The notes below the pieces were generated by a model. That model made no database searches, was not told the origin of the DNA, and saw only the letters and a program-made list of their open reading frames with translations. Below are positions 10,906-20,651 of a DNA stretch of 64,000 bases, one piece after another (within the stretch, counting starts at the first letter, position 1; each line of letters begins with the position of its first letter). The stretch comes from an uncultured Verrucomicrobiae bacterium (GTDB lineage: Bacteria > Verrucomicrobiota > Verrucomicrobiia > Palsa-1439): positions 160,001 through 224,000 of the forward strand of contig CAWEWF010000006.1 in the NCBI GenBank assembly GCA_963812605.1, in the 5' to 3' direction. The position numbers were made by a program, and so were the translations under genes.

Positions 10906-10941
10906 GGCGCGGGATTCTAGGAGTTGTGATACGCTCGCGCA

Positions 10942-11874
10942 ATGCGCGAATCGCTGAAAAAACGCGGGACACCCCCGCGCTGGCAGGTCGCGCTGGCTTT
11001 CGTGGCGGTCTACTTCATTTGGGGATCGACCTACCTCGGCATCCATTTCGCGGTGGAAACCATCCCGCCGTTCTCAATGGCCGGCTCGCGGGCGTTGATT
11101 GCAGGTGCATTGCTCTACATTTGGGCCCGCGGACGCGGAGCTGCGCGTCCTGAAACTATCCATTGGCGTGAAGCGGCGATTGTCGGCGGTTTTTTATTAC
11201 TGGGCGGGAACGGGTTGGTGAGTTGGGCCGAGCAGTATCTTCCCTCGGGGGTGACGGCGCTGATCGTCGGCTCGATACCGCTGTGGATGGTGCTGCTGGA
11301 ATGGCTCTGGCACAGCGGACCGCGGCCGACGGTGGGGATCGTCTCGGGGCTCGTCGTGGGATTTGTCGGCGTCGGTTTGCTCGTCGCGCCCGTCGATCTC
11401 GGAAGCGGAGAGCGGGTCGATTCATCCGCGGCGATGGTGCTTTTATTGGGCCCGCTTTTCTGGGCGATCGGCTCGCTCTACTCGCGACGGGCGCGGTTGC
11501 CGTCGTCGCAGTTGCTGGGAGCGGCGATGGAAATGATCGCGGGCGGGGTGTTGCTGTTGGTGGCCGGCGCAGCGCTCGGGGAATGGAAGCATTTCAAATT
11601 GGCAGATGTGAGCGCCCACTCGGCAATCGCCTGGATTTACCTGACGCTCTTCGGATCGCTAATCGCTTTTACCGCGTACGTGTGGCTCTTGAAAGCCACG
11701 ACGCCCGCGCGGGTCTCGACCTATGCGTATGTCAATCCCGTGGTCGCGGTGATCCTCGGTTGGGCGCTGGCGAATGAGCCGATTACTCCGCGCACGTTGT
11801 TGGCGGCCTTGGCGATCTTTCTCGCCGTCGTGATTATCGTGACCCGCTCCAAGGAAGTGCCGGCGGAAACCTGA
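10942..11874 (+). CDS. EamA/YedA-type drug-metabolite transporter
   Basis: VYFIWGSTY and STYAYVNPVVAV motifs; about 10 hydrophobic segments. Confidence 0.93.
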   Translation: MRESLKKRGTPPRWQVALAFVAVYFIWGSTYLGIHFAVETIPPFSMAGSRALIAGALLYIWARGRGAARPETIHWREAAIVGGFLLLGGNGLVSWAEQYLPSGVTALIVGSIPLWMVLLEWLWHSGPRPTVGIVSGLVVGFVGVGLLVAPVDLGSGERVDSSAAMVLLLGPLFWAIGSLYSRRARLPSSQLLGAAMEMIAGGVLLLVAGAALGEWKHFKLADVSAHSAIAWIYLTLFGSLIAFTAYVWLLKATTPARVSTYAYVNPVVAVILGWALANEPITPRTLLAALAIFLAVVIIVTRSKEVPAET

Positions 11875-14646
11875 TCAGTGTTTCTTGGTCGCGGCAGCAA
11901 GCTCTTCCGTCAATTGCTTCTCCACCGCGGTTCGCACCAACGCGTCGTCGTTCTTGTATTCCGTCTTCGCCCAGGCCAATGCATGCTTGTCGCCGAGTTT
12001 TGCCAGCGCTTCGAGAATGTGCGGTCGCGCCCGTTGGGATGCCTTCGCGAAGGCCGCGCGCAACGGCCCGATGCTGGGTCGGCCCAGCGCGACGAGCGAA
12101 TCCTCGGCCGCATAGCGCACGTCCCACATTTCATCGTTGAGCGAGACGATCAATTTCGGAATCGCGCGCGCATCGGCGATCCGGCCGAGCGCTTGCGCGG
12201 CGTGCATCCGCACCAATTCCCGGTCGTCCGTGAGCGCGGCCATTGCGGGTTCAAACGCTGCGCGGGCGCGCAGGTGACCGAGCGTATAAAATGCGGTGGA
12301 TCTCGTCTTGTAACGGTCGATCAGCGGCAGCACATGCGGAATGGCTGCGCTTGCTTTCTCATCAAAGCGCGCCAGGAAATAGCAACACAGGCGGGCGACT
12401 TCGTCGTTCTTCGCGCGGTCGATTCCCTCAATGAGCAAGGGGATGGAGTTCGTGCCGAGACCGTCGATCACTTCCTCAGTCTTGGCGCGGACAAGAACGT
12501 CCGGACTGTCCAAGCGCGTGATGAGGTACGGCAGCGCCTCCACCCCGCGCTTCTTCAGTTCCTCTGTCGCCGCGGTGGCATCGGGCTTGTCGCTGCAAGC
12601 GCGGCGTAATAAGTGTTCGATGGGATGGTGCGGATCGACCGGGGCCGTCTGGTAAATACGGGTATGAGCTTGTAGGGCAGGCGGCCCGCCTGCCGTCATT
12701 TCCGGAATTGGCAGGTGGCCCGCCTGCCCTACAATATTCGTCGCGGCTTCGTAATCGAGTCCCGCGCCGTAAAGCGGCTTGAGCCAGATGGTGTTGTTCG
12801 TTTGGCCTTGCGAATAGTGGTCCTGGCCGCCAAGGTCGAGCAGGAGCGCGATGGAACCGTACTCGCGCTTGCCGCCATCGTGGCCGGCGGCTTGCGATTG
12901 GTTTGTATCAGTGCCGGTATACGAATCATTGCCGGCGCGGTCGAGCAGGAGCGCGAAAGAATTATTGATCGCCGCGCCCTGCGCGGTCGTATCGCCTGTG
13001 TATTTGTCGTCGCCGGCGCGGTCGATGAGCATGCCGACGGCATAATCGTGCGCCGCGCCCTGGCAAATGTGGCCGGCGGTATAGGTGTCGTTGCCGCTCC
13101 AGTCAATCAACGCGCCGCTGCTGAGATGAATCCCCGCGCCCTGACAGTATTGATACGCGTCGTAGGTATCGTTGCCTTCCGCATCGAGTAACAGGCCCAC
13201 CGAATACCAGTAGCTGGCGCCCTGGCCGTACACATCGGACACATAATGGTCGTCGCCCTTCAAATCGCAGAGGATGCCGATTCCTCCGCCCGCGAACGGG
13301 CGCATCCCGTAACCGAAACCCTGTGACAACGAGAAAAAATGATTCGGGAGCCAGCCGCAAGGATATTTGCCGCCGGCAAAATACGAATCGTCGCCGCTTT
13401 CGTCCAGCAGCAGCCCGAGTCCGCTCGTGCCGCCAAATCCCTGCGCCATCTCGGCCGCCTTGTACGTGGTATCGCCGCCGCGCTGCCACAAAATGCCCGC
13501 CCCAAACATTCCCGCACCCTGACAAAATGTGTCCGCCTCGAAGGTTTGTTTCCCCTCCCCCGTCATCAGCAAACCGCAACCGAAAAAGCCTGCGCCCTGC
13601 GACAGATGTTTTGCCTGGAACGTGCAATTACTGCCCAGCGCGGCGAGAATGCCAATGCCGAAGACTCCCGAACCCTGCGAGAAACTGCGCTTCGAGATGA
13701 ACTGATCGTTGCCGCCGAGATCAATCACAATGGAAATAGGCCGCCCGACCAATCCGTTCGCCCCGCCGGCGGAATTCAGGTAGGTGTCGTCGCCACCGGT
13801 GTCGATGATGAGAAACGCTTCGTTCGAGTACACGTTGTGCCCCGCCCCGCCGACGATGATCTTGCCAAGGGGAGTGTCGGTCTCGACTTGGAATTCCTGA
13901 CGCATTGCGGGATCGTCTTTTCCCGCTCGCAGGATGGCGATGGCCCTGTCTACGGAATCGGCCAGTTCTTCAAAAGCGGCAAACATGCCGACTAAATCCA
14001 GTTTGTCGCTTGCTTTGAGAATCGGAGTGGCGAGTTCGTCATCCTGGAGTTCGAGACTGTCACCGCGACGCAGCAAGTCGCGAAGTCCGCCGGTCTCGAT
14101 GCCCAAGTTTTCCCAGGACTTCAATTCTGCCTCGTCTTTATCCAACCCCAGACTGTCGACGGCGAAAGCCGCGAAGGCGCGATCTCGATCCGCCGGCAGC
14201 GATTGCAATAATTGCTGGTTCACCAACCCGGCGGTCTCCGTGATGATCTCGACAGCGCGCGCCACAGGTGGCGGCAGCTTCTTCATGAATTCCGCGTCGA
14301 TAGGAACCGGTGAATAAATCATTCGCACCATCGCTGGCGAAACTTCGATCTGTTCCCGCGAAAACCGCGCCAATGCCATCAATGAGGCGACCTTTTGCAA
14401 ATTGGACATCACGGATTGACCGTAGGCCGGCAAGGCCAGCGGGTGTTGCAGGAAGACGCTGGCTTTGTGAAGCACCAGTTCCGATTCGACGTTCGTTTTG
14501 ATGAACGAGAGATCGGCCGGGGTCATCTTGAGGGCGCGGAGCGCGAGTTCAAGGGCGTGTTCGTCCATGGAGTCGAAAGCGGGAGGAGTTTCCGCAGCGA
14601 CCACTGACGAGGCAATCAGGAATAGCACCAACAGTCGCGCGAGCAT
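11875..14646 (-). CDS. Secreted protein with Gly/Asp repeats (QGxGxxGxGLLxDxxGDDxY) and C-terminal HEAT repeats
   Basis: Signal peptide MLARLLVLF; about 8 repeat units; VRxxAAxALG HEAT-like units. Confidence 0.8.
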   Translation of the reverse strand: MLARLLVLFLIASSVVAAETPPAFDSMDEHALELALRALKMTPADLSFIKTNVESELVLHKASVFLQHPLALPAYGQSVMSNLQKVASLMALARFSREQIEVSPAMVRMIYSPVPIDAEFMKKLPPPVARAVEIITETAGLVNQQLLQSLPADRDRAFAAFAVDSLGLDKDEAELKSWENLGIETGGLRDLLRRGDSLELQDDELATPILKASDKLDLVGMFAAFEELADSVDRAIAILRAGKDDPAMRQEFQVETDTPLGKIIVGGAGHNVYSNEAFLIIDTGGDDTYLNSAGGANGLVGRPISIVIDLGGNDQFISKRSFSQGSGVFGIGILAALGSNCTFQAKHLSQGAGFFGCGLLMTGEGKQTFEADTFCQGAGMFGAGILWQRGGDTTYKAAEMAQGFGGTSGLGLLLDESGDDSYFAGGKYPCGWLPNHFFSLSQGFGYGMRPFAGGGIGILCDLKGDDHYVSDVYGQGASYWYSVGLLLDAEGNDTYDAYQYCQGAGIHLSSGALIDWSGNDTYTAGHICQGAAHDYAVGMLIDRAGDDKYTGDTTAQGAAINNSFALLLDRAGNDSYTGTDTNQSQAAGHDGGKREYGSIALLLDLGGQDHYSQGQTNNTIWLKPLYGAGLDYEAATNIVGQAGHLPIPEMTAGGPPALQAHTRIYQTAPVDPHHPIEHLLRRACSDKPDATAATEELKKRGVEALPYLITRLDSPDVLVRAKTEEVIDGLGTNSIPLLIEGIDRAKNDEVARLCCYFLARFDEKASAAIPHVLPLIDRYKTRSTAFYTLGHLRARAAFEPAMAALTDDRELVRMHAAQALGRIADARAIPKLIVSLNDEMWDVRYAAEDSLVALGRPSIGPLRAAFAKASQRARPHILEALAKLGDKHALAWAKTEYKNDDALVRTAVEKQLTEELAAATKKH
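12670..12734. repeat. GTAG-type REP doublet inside the HEAT-protein gene
   Basis: TTGTAGGGCAGGCGG...CCGCCTGCCCTACAA inverted ends; the same unit is intergenic at 16951-16977. Confidence 0.8.
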
Positions 14647-14783
14647 GGCGTAGTTTGTTCGAGCGCCATCAAAATGTCCACACTGCAAAGGGCCAACCCC
14701 AAACGCTCGAGCGGCGCAGCCAGTCGAGGCCAGGAACGAACAGCGCTGCGCTCCCCGTGCCGACCCGCTAGCCGCTATCATCC

Positions 14784-15033
14784 GTGGAATATGAAGTTGA
14801 AATCAGCGACGAAGCAAAGGCCACGTTGCGGCTAATGCCGAAGGAAACCCGCCGCTCGATCGGATACAAAATCTTCCTGTTACAGAAGGGTTTGGGTCGG
14901 CAACGTGAAAAAACTGCGGGGCTCGACCAACGAATATCGGTTGCGCGTCGGCAATTATCGCGTACTGTTTGAACTCGAAGGAAAGACGATCATGATTTAT
15001 GCTATCGGAGATCGAAAGGACATATACCGATGA
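14784..15033 (+). CDS. RelE/ParE-family toxin, frameshift near 14895
   Basis: MEYEVEISDEAK... continues in another frame as NVKKLRGSTNEYRLRVGNYRVLFE...RKDIYR*. Confidence 0.85.
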
Positions 15034-15230
15034 GCACGCCAGTTCTAAGTCGGAAATCCAGCCGAACAAAGCTGGACGCAAAAGTTCGCGAGGCTAAAGT
15101 CGTATTGCGGGAGTTACAGAGCATCCTGGAGGATTTGGACGACCGCCGTGAATTGGCCGCCGCCAAGAAGCGCAATGGCGGAAAGCGCGGGACCCCTTGG
15201 AGACAAGCCGCCAAGGAGCTACGGATCTGA
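15030..15230 (+). CDS. Probable antitoxin (toxin-first pair)
   Basis: ATGA overlap with the toxin stop; LEDLDDRREL...PWRQAAKEL pattern typical of RelB-like antitoxins. Confidence 0.75.
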   Translation: MSTPVLSRKSSRTKLDAKVREAKVVLRELQSILEDLDDRRELAAAKKRNGGKRGTPWRQAAKELRI

Positions 15231-15259
15231 CCCAACGCGAGATTGCACGCTTTTCTCGC

Positions 15260-15901
15260 TCACGAAAATCTATCGTCGGTCCATGGGTCGGCGGTGTTGG
15301 AATAGCCGCGAACTTCCCAGAAGCCGGGGTGATCTTCGGGTAGAAAAATGATGTCTTTGACCCACTTCGCGCCCTTCCAGGCATAGACTTTCGAGACGAC
15401 CACGCGCACGGGGCCGCCGTGTTCGCGTTCCAACAGTCGGCCTTCCCAATGATGAACGATCAGCGCGTCCTCGCGGGCCAGACCGAGCGGCAGGTTCGTC
15501 GAGTAGCCGTCGTAGCCGGTGAAGAGGACGAACTTCGCTTCCGGTTTCGGTTTCACGAGGTCGCAGATGGCTGCGAAGGCCACGCCCTGCCAGTGGTTGT
15601 CGAAGCGACTCCATGTGGTGACGCAATGGAAATCCGCAGTCCGCTCGACCTGCGGCAGGGCCAGGAAATCCGGCCACGTGAGCAGCTTCGGATTCTCGAC
15701 GAGGCCTTCGATGTTGAGTGACCACTTATCGAGCGGGATGTCGGGTTGAATGCCGAGATCGAGAACAGGCCAGTTCTTCACCTCGTGCTGGCCGGGTGGA
15801 AGACGCGACTTCGCGGCGGTGGGAGCATCACCCTTGTGAGAGTGACCGACCTTGGCGATGCGCTCCTTGCCTTTGATGAGTTTCTCGTTCAGCTCGTCCA
15901 T
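15260..15901 (-). CDS. Sulfite oxidase-like molybdopterin oxidoreductase
   Basis: RLPPGQ, DFHCVTTWS, EHGGPVR, WKGAKW, GFWEVRGY. Confidence 0.92.
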   Translation of the reverse strand: MDELNEKLIKGKERIAKVGHSHKGDAPTAAKSRLPPGQHEVKNWPVLDLGIQPDIPLDKWSLNIEGLVENPKLLTWPDFLALPQVERTADFHCVTTWSRFDNHWQGVAFAAICDLVKPKPEAKFVLFTGYDGYSTNLPLGLAREDALIVHHWEGRLLEREHGGPVRVVVSKVYAWKGAKWVKDIIFLPEDHPGFWEVRGYSNTADPWTDDRFS

Positions 15902-16087
15902 GATTATCCTAGTAACCGGTTTGATAGTAAAAGACGAGGTTTGGTTTCGGGCGATGCGTAAAGCTTTGTCAGCTACGGCATAATGTGCAATTATTTATCG
16001 AGAAGTTTGGGAAGCAATTGCACCATGACAAGCTCTCGGCATAACAGGTGGCAAACAGCGAAAGTCATTTTACGGAGAGATTGAAGG

Positions 16088-16750
16088 ATGAAGTACTTGC
16101 CGGCCTACTCGTTCGACCCGATACAGTTTCATCGGATGCTTGAGAATAATGTGATCGTTGATGACAAGATCCGCCTTGACCTGCTGTTGATCCTGGCCAA
16201 GAAGCTGGTTTCAGACGCGTCACAAATCATGACAAGTGCGCTCGATAATATTCGTTTCGATGAATCATGGTTTGATACTTCCGATCCGACGATTAGCTAT
16301 GCCACCGAGTGCTATATGGTCGCCCTAACGAGCGTCCTGAGTGACTCGCCACCACTGAGCAATGTATCCGACGGCACGCTCCTTCGTATCCTTCCATTAG
16401 TCGGGTGGCTGAAGGAGAAGGTTGAGCTGTTGCGAGAAGGTCAACCACTCAGGTTGTTGGTAGAAACTCCCGTCAACCCCTTGTTCATTGCCACATTCCG
16501 GCCTCAGCAATATGGATCATGGTTATCGCTAGATGCAGTAAAAACGCTGCTTTCTGATTTCCAAGCGGTCGAGTCTCTCATTCGGAATCCCAATGATGAA
16601 ATGCTGCGGTCTGTCTCAGAGCATGTTGTTCCTTGGACCATACCGCAGCAACACCCTCGGACTTTGATAGCAGACGCCTACGCAGAGATTAGGAAGCGAC
16701 TTGAAGCTGCCGAGAGCCAAGGGTATGCCTTGTTCATGCCGTACCCTTGA
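16088..16750 (+). CDS. Hypothetical protein, lower GC than its neighbours
   Basis: 220-codon ORF with purine-rich leader; no recognised motif. Confidence 0.6.
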   Translation: MKYLPAYSFDPIQFHRMLENNVIVDDKIRLDLLLILAKKLVSDASQIMTSALDNIRFDESWFDTSDPTISYATECYMVALTSVLSDSPPLSNVSDGTLLRILPLVGWLKEKVELLREGQPLRLLVETPVNPLFIATFRPQQYGSWLSLDAVKTLLSDFQAVESLIRNPNDEMLRSVSEHVVPWTIPQQHPRTLIADAYAEIRKRLEAAESQGYALFMPYP

Positions 16751-16793
16751 TAAGCGAGCGAGATTGTGGGCTCGTTTCCGAGAGAACGACAGC

Positions 16794-16977
16794 GACCCTT
16801 CGACAAGCTCAGGGTGACAAATTCAGGAATCGGGAGGAGGCACCGGTTTGGGATTAAGGCACCCGCTCCTTGATCCCCTTCGAGGAGGGGAAAGAGGCTT
16901 GGCCGGCACCTCGACTCAGTGAGGCGGCTACAATTCGTGTGACACCAACGACGGCAGGCGGGCCGCCTGCCCTACAA
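16794..16977. repeat. Cluster of several REP-like palindromes
   Basis: ACCCT-TCGACAAGCTC-AGGGT; CCCCTTCGAGGAGGGG; GAGGCGGCTACA; GGCAGGCGGGCCGCCTGCCCTACAA. Confidence 0.65.
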
Positions 16978-17107
16978 TTAGGCTGTATCGTAAATCGATA
17001 ATTTTGCTGGACGCGATGCCTCAAAATGGGCATGATCGGTGTAGTTCTTTGACAACGCAGAGAAGCAGGCTTTGTTTGCCAAGGGGGAAGGGATCGCAAA
17101 AACATGT

Positions 17108-17229
17108 GTTTCTGCGAAACGAACCCAATTTCTTGGGAGGCGATTTTTTGTGCATCACCTTTATTGTAAGAGGCTTATCTTGTTTGCAGAGCGGTTTGCA
17201 AATGGGTTCGTTCTCGGAAAACGAACCCA
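17108..17229 (+). repeat. AACGAACCC element, copy A (122 bp)
   Basis: GTTTCTGCGAAACGAACCCAA, 50 nt ending GCTTAT, 24 nt, then TGGGTTCGTT...AACGAACCCA. Confidence 0.85.
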
Positions 17230-17422
17230 TTTTCGGGCATTTAGGGTAAAATCGCAGTTGCAACGAAGCATAGTTACAACAGGTTGGAGATTTGATGGCA
17301 ATGGCGTTACGTCCGAGATTGACTTTGGGACGCGAATCTGTTTTCCTATTGTCCACAGCTTCACGGGTTAAGGAAGGTCTTTGGCAGCCGTCGTGCGCGT
17401 GCGAACCGGAGCACGTTGTGTC

Positions 17423-18886
17423 ATGAAATTTGACGGCTACGAAACAGACGGATTTTTCGACGAGATGTTTTCGCCGAACGGTCGTCCCCGCCTCGAAACG
17501 AAAGCGTTGGTCAAGAGACTCCAGTCGCTGCCACAGGGGGAATTGCAGCGTCGTCAAGGGGCCGCCGAGCGGGCGTTGCTTCAGCTCGGGATCACCTTCA
17601 ATGTTTACGGCGATGCCGCCGGCACCGAGCGCATTTTCCCGTTCGACGTTGTGCCGCGGGTGGTCGGCGCCAAGGAGTGGGAGCAGATCGAGCGCGGCCT
17701 CAAGCAACGCATCGAGGCGTTGAACCTTTTCCTCGACGATCTCTACCATGACCAGAAAATCATCAAGGACGGTGTCGTGCCCGAAGAAGTGATCCATTCG
17801 GCCAAGAGCTTCCGCGCCCAGTGCGTGGGCCTGAATCCGCCACGCGGGATCTGGTGCCACATTACCGGCACGGACCTCGTGCGCGACGGCGACGGGCAGG
17901 TGTATGTGCTGGAGGACAATCTCCGCTGCCCGTCGGGCGTGTCATACGTGCTGGAGAATCGGCAGGTGATGAAGCGCACGTTCCCGCAACTGTTCGAGGC
18001 GACGCGGATCCGTCCGGTTGTGGATTACCCGAGCCGCTTGCTGGAGATGCTCGAATCCCTCGCGCCGCCAAGCGTGCTGCAGCCACGGGTGGTCGTGCTG
18101 ACGCCGGGCGCTTACAACTCGGCGTACTTCGAGCATTCGTTTCTCGCGCAGCAGATGGGCGTGGAATTGGTCGAAGGACGGGACCTGGTCGTGGCCGACG
18201 GCCTGGTGATGATGCGCACGACGAAGGGTTTCGAGCGGGTCGATGTGATCTACCGGCGCATCGACGATGATTTTCTCGATCCGCAAACGTTCCGCGCCGA
18301 TTCGGAGCTCGGGGTGCCGGGATTGATGAACGTGTACAAAGCCGGACGCGTCGGCCTGGCCAATGCGCCGGGCACCGGCGTGGCCGACGACAAAGTCGTG
18401 TACGCCTACATCCCGAAGGTCATCAAATATTACCTCGACCAGGAGCCGATCATTCCCAACGTGCCGACGTATATGTGCTGGGAGGAGAAGGACCGGAAGC
18501 ATGTGCTTGCCAACCTCGACAAGCTGGTCGTCAAGGCGGCGAACGAATCGGGCGGCTACGGCATGCTGGTTGGTCCCCACGCCACGAAAAGCGAGCACGA
18601 GGAATTTGCGGTCAAGATCCAGGCCACGCCGCGCAATTACATCGCCCAGCCGACGTTGTCGCTCTCGCGCGTGCCGGTGCTGGTGGAAGACCATTTTGAA
18701 GGACGACACGTGGATTTGCGCCCGTACATTCTCTACGGCGAGTCGATTTACGTGCTTCCCGGCGGGCTGACGCGCGTGGCGCTCAAGAAAGGTTCGCTGG
18801 TGGTGAATTCGTCCCAGGGCGGCGGCAGCAAGGACACGTGGGTATTGTCCAACGGCGCCGGCAGCGAAGCCGAAGGAATCCACTGA
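17423..18886 (+). CDS. Circularly permuted type 2 ATP-grasp protein
   Basis: [47 protein letters not shown]. Confidence 0.95.
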   Translation: MKFDGYETDGFFDEMFSPNGRPRLETKALVKRLQSLPQGELQRRQGAAERALLQLGITFNVYGDAAGTERIFPFDVVPRVVGAKEWEQIERGLKQRIEALNLFLDDLYHDQKIIKDGVVPEEVIHSAKSFRAQCVGLNPPRGIWCHITGTDLVRDGDGQVYVLEDNLRCPSGVSYVLENRQVMKRTFPQLFEATRIRPVVDYPSRLLEMLESLAPPSVLQPRVVVLTPGAYNSAYFEHSFLAQQMGVELVEGRDLVVADGLVMMRTTKGFERVDVIYRRIDDDFLDPQTFRADSELGVPGLMNVYKAGRVGLANAPGTGVADDKVVYAYIPKVIKYYLDQEPIIPNVPTYMCWEEKDRKHVLANLDKLVVKAANESGGYGMLVGPHATKSEHEEFAVKIQATPRNYIAQPTLSLSRVPVLVEDHFEGRHVDLRPYILYGESIYVLPGGLTRVALKKGSLVVNSSQGGGSKDTWVLSNGAGSEAEGIH

Positions 18887-19857
18887 TGCTCAGCCGCGTC
18901 GCGGATTCGATCTATTGGATGAGCCGCTACATCGAGCGCGCCGAGAATGTGGCGCGGTTCATGGATGTCAATTTGCGCCTGATGCTGGATTTGCCGCTGG
19001 GCGCGGAAGAACAATGGGAGCCGATGGTCAGCACCACGGGCGACCACAAAGTTTTTGTCACCAAGTACCCCGAGGCCACGCGCGAAAACGTGATCCAGTT
19101 CCTGGCGTTCGACGCGAGCTATCCCAACTCGATTCTTTCCTGCTTGCGTTCGGCGCGCGAGAACGCCCGTTCCGTGCGGGAGATCATTTCCTCGGAGATG
19201 TGGGAACAATTGAACCAGTTCTACCTGATGGTCAACGACGCCGCCCATTCCCGGGAGACGATGGGCGAGCCCGCGGAATTTTTCGCGGCGGTGCGCAACG
19301 CCAGCCACTCGTTCGGGGGAGCGACGAACGCGACCATGTCGCACGGCGAAGGCTGGCATTTTTGCCGCCTCGGCCTGGAATTGGAGCGGGCGGACAAGAC
19401 CTCGCGAATCCTGGACGTCAAATATTTCATCCTGTTGCCGACCCCCGCGGACGTGGGCACGCCGATCGACGACATCCAATGGGCGGCGGTCCTGCGGTCG
19501 GCCAGCGCGTTTGAAATGTACCGCAAGCGGTATGGACGCATCCTGCCGGAGAAGGTGGTGGATTTTCTGCTACTCGATCGCGAGTTCCCGCGCGCGATCC
19601 ACCATTGCCTGATCAAGTCGGAGGAATCGCTGCACCTGATCTCGGGCACGCCGCTGGGGACTTTTCGCAACCCCGCCGAGCAGCGGTTGGGGCAGTTGCG
19701 TTCTGATGTGGCTTTTGCGCAGGTCGGCGATATTATCAGCAACGGATTGCATGAATTTCTGGACGGGTTCCAGAAGCGGCTCAACCTGGTTGGCCGGGCG
19801 ATTTTTGAGGCGTTTTTTGCGATTCGCCCACTGGCCGAGGGAGAGCGGTTCAAATAG
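18886..19857 (+). CDS. Alpha-E domain protein
   Basis: [46 protein letters not shown]. Confidence 0.95.
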   Translation: MLSRVADSIYWMSRYIERAENVARFMDVNLRLMLDLPLGAEEQWEPMVSTTGDHKVFVTKYPEATRENVIQFLAFDASYPNSILSCLRSARENARSVREIISSEMWEQLNQFYLMVNDAAHSRETMGEPAEFFAAVRNASHSFGGATNATMSHGEGWHFCRLGLELERADKTSRILDVKYFILLPTPADVGTPIDDIQWAAVLRSASAFEMYRKRYGRILPEKVVDFLLLDREFPRAIHHCLIKSEESLHLISGTPLGTFRNPAEQRLGQLRSDVAFAQVGDIISNGLHEFLDGFQKRLNLVGRAIFEAFFAIRPLAEGERFK

Positions 19858-19872
19858 CGAGGAGATCGACGA

Positions 19873-20643
19873 ATGACATTCTGTTTGGGCATCAAAGTGC
19901 GCGAAGGACTGGTGGGATTGGCAGACACACGGGTCACCATCGGCACCGAGGTCATCACCGCCCGCAAAGTGTACACGCACCAGCGGGGGCGGCAATCGCT
20001 GTTCCTGATGGCGTCGGGCTTGCGTTCGGTTCGCGACAAGGCGCTCACGTATTTCGAGGAAGCACTGGCTGACCCGAACCAATCTTTCGACAGGATTTTC
20101 AAGGCGGTCAACTCCTTCGCGGCGCAAGTCCGCCGGGTTGCCCACGAGGACAAGGGAGCGCTCGCCCAAAGCGGCCTGTTGTTCAACATCTACGGCCTGA
20201 TCGGCGGGCAATTCGAGGGTGACGCCGAACACAAAATGTACCTGGTCTATCCCGAGGGCAACTGGGTGGAAATCGGCCAGGGCACGCCGTACCAGATCAT
20301 TGGCGCGGGCGGTTATGGCAAACCGGTGCTCGACCGCACCCTGACCTTTGAGGACACGATGCGATTCGCATTCAAGGTCGGTTGCCTGGCATTCGATTCG
20401 ACGCGCATCAGCGCCGCGGACGTGGATTTTCCCATGGACGTCGTCCTGTATCCGCGCGATTCCTTCCAGATGGTCGAACACCGCTACAAACGGGAGGACT
20501 TGCTGGACATCTCGAACTGGTGGCAGGAGCGGCTCCGCAAATCCGTGAACGAATTGCCCTCGGAATGGATCGAGCACGCCTTCTCCAAACTCATGCCGCC
20601 CACTGATAAGATTACGATCCTCCAGCAGCCGCGGCAGGAATAG
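19873..20643 (+). CDS. Anbu-type proteasome-like Ntn peptidase
   Basis: N-terminal MTFCLG (Thr nucleophile), YPEGNW, YGKPVLDR. Confidence 0.92.
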   Translation: MTFCLGIKVREGLVGLADTRVTIGTEVITARKVYTHQRGRQSLFLMASGLRSVRDKALTYFEEALADPNQSFDRIFKAVNSFAAQVRRVAHEDKGALAQSGLLFNIYGLIGGQFEGDAEHKMYLVYPEGNWVEIGQGTPYQIIGAGGYGKPVLDRTLTFEDTMRFAFKVGCLAFDSTRISAADVDFPMDVVLYPRDSFQMVEHRYKREDLLDISNWWQERLRKSVNELPSEWIEHAFSKLMPPTDKITILQQPRQE

Positions 20644-20651
20644 ATTCGTCC

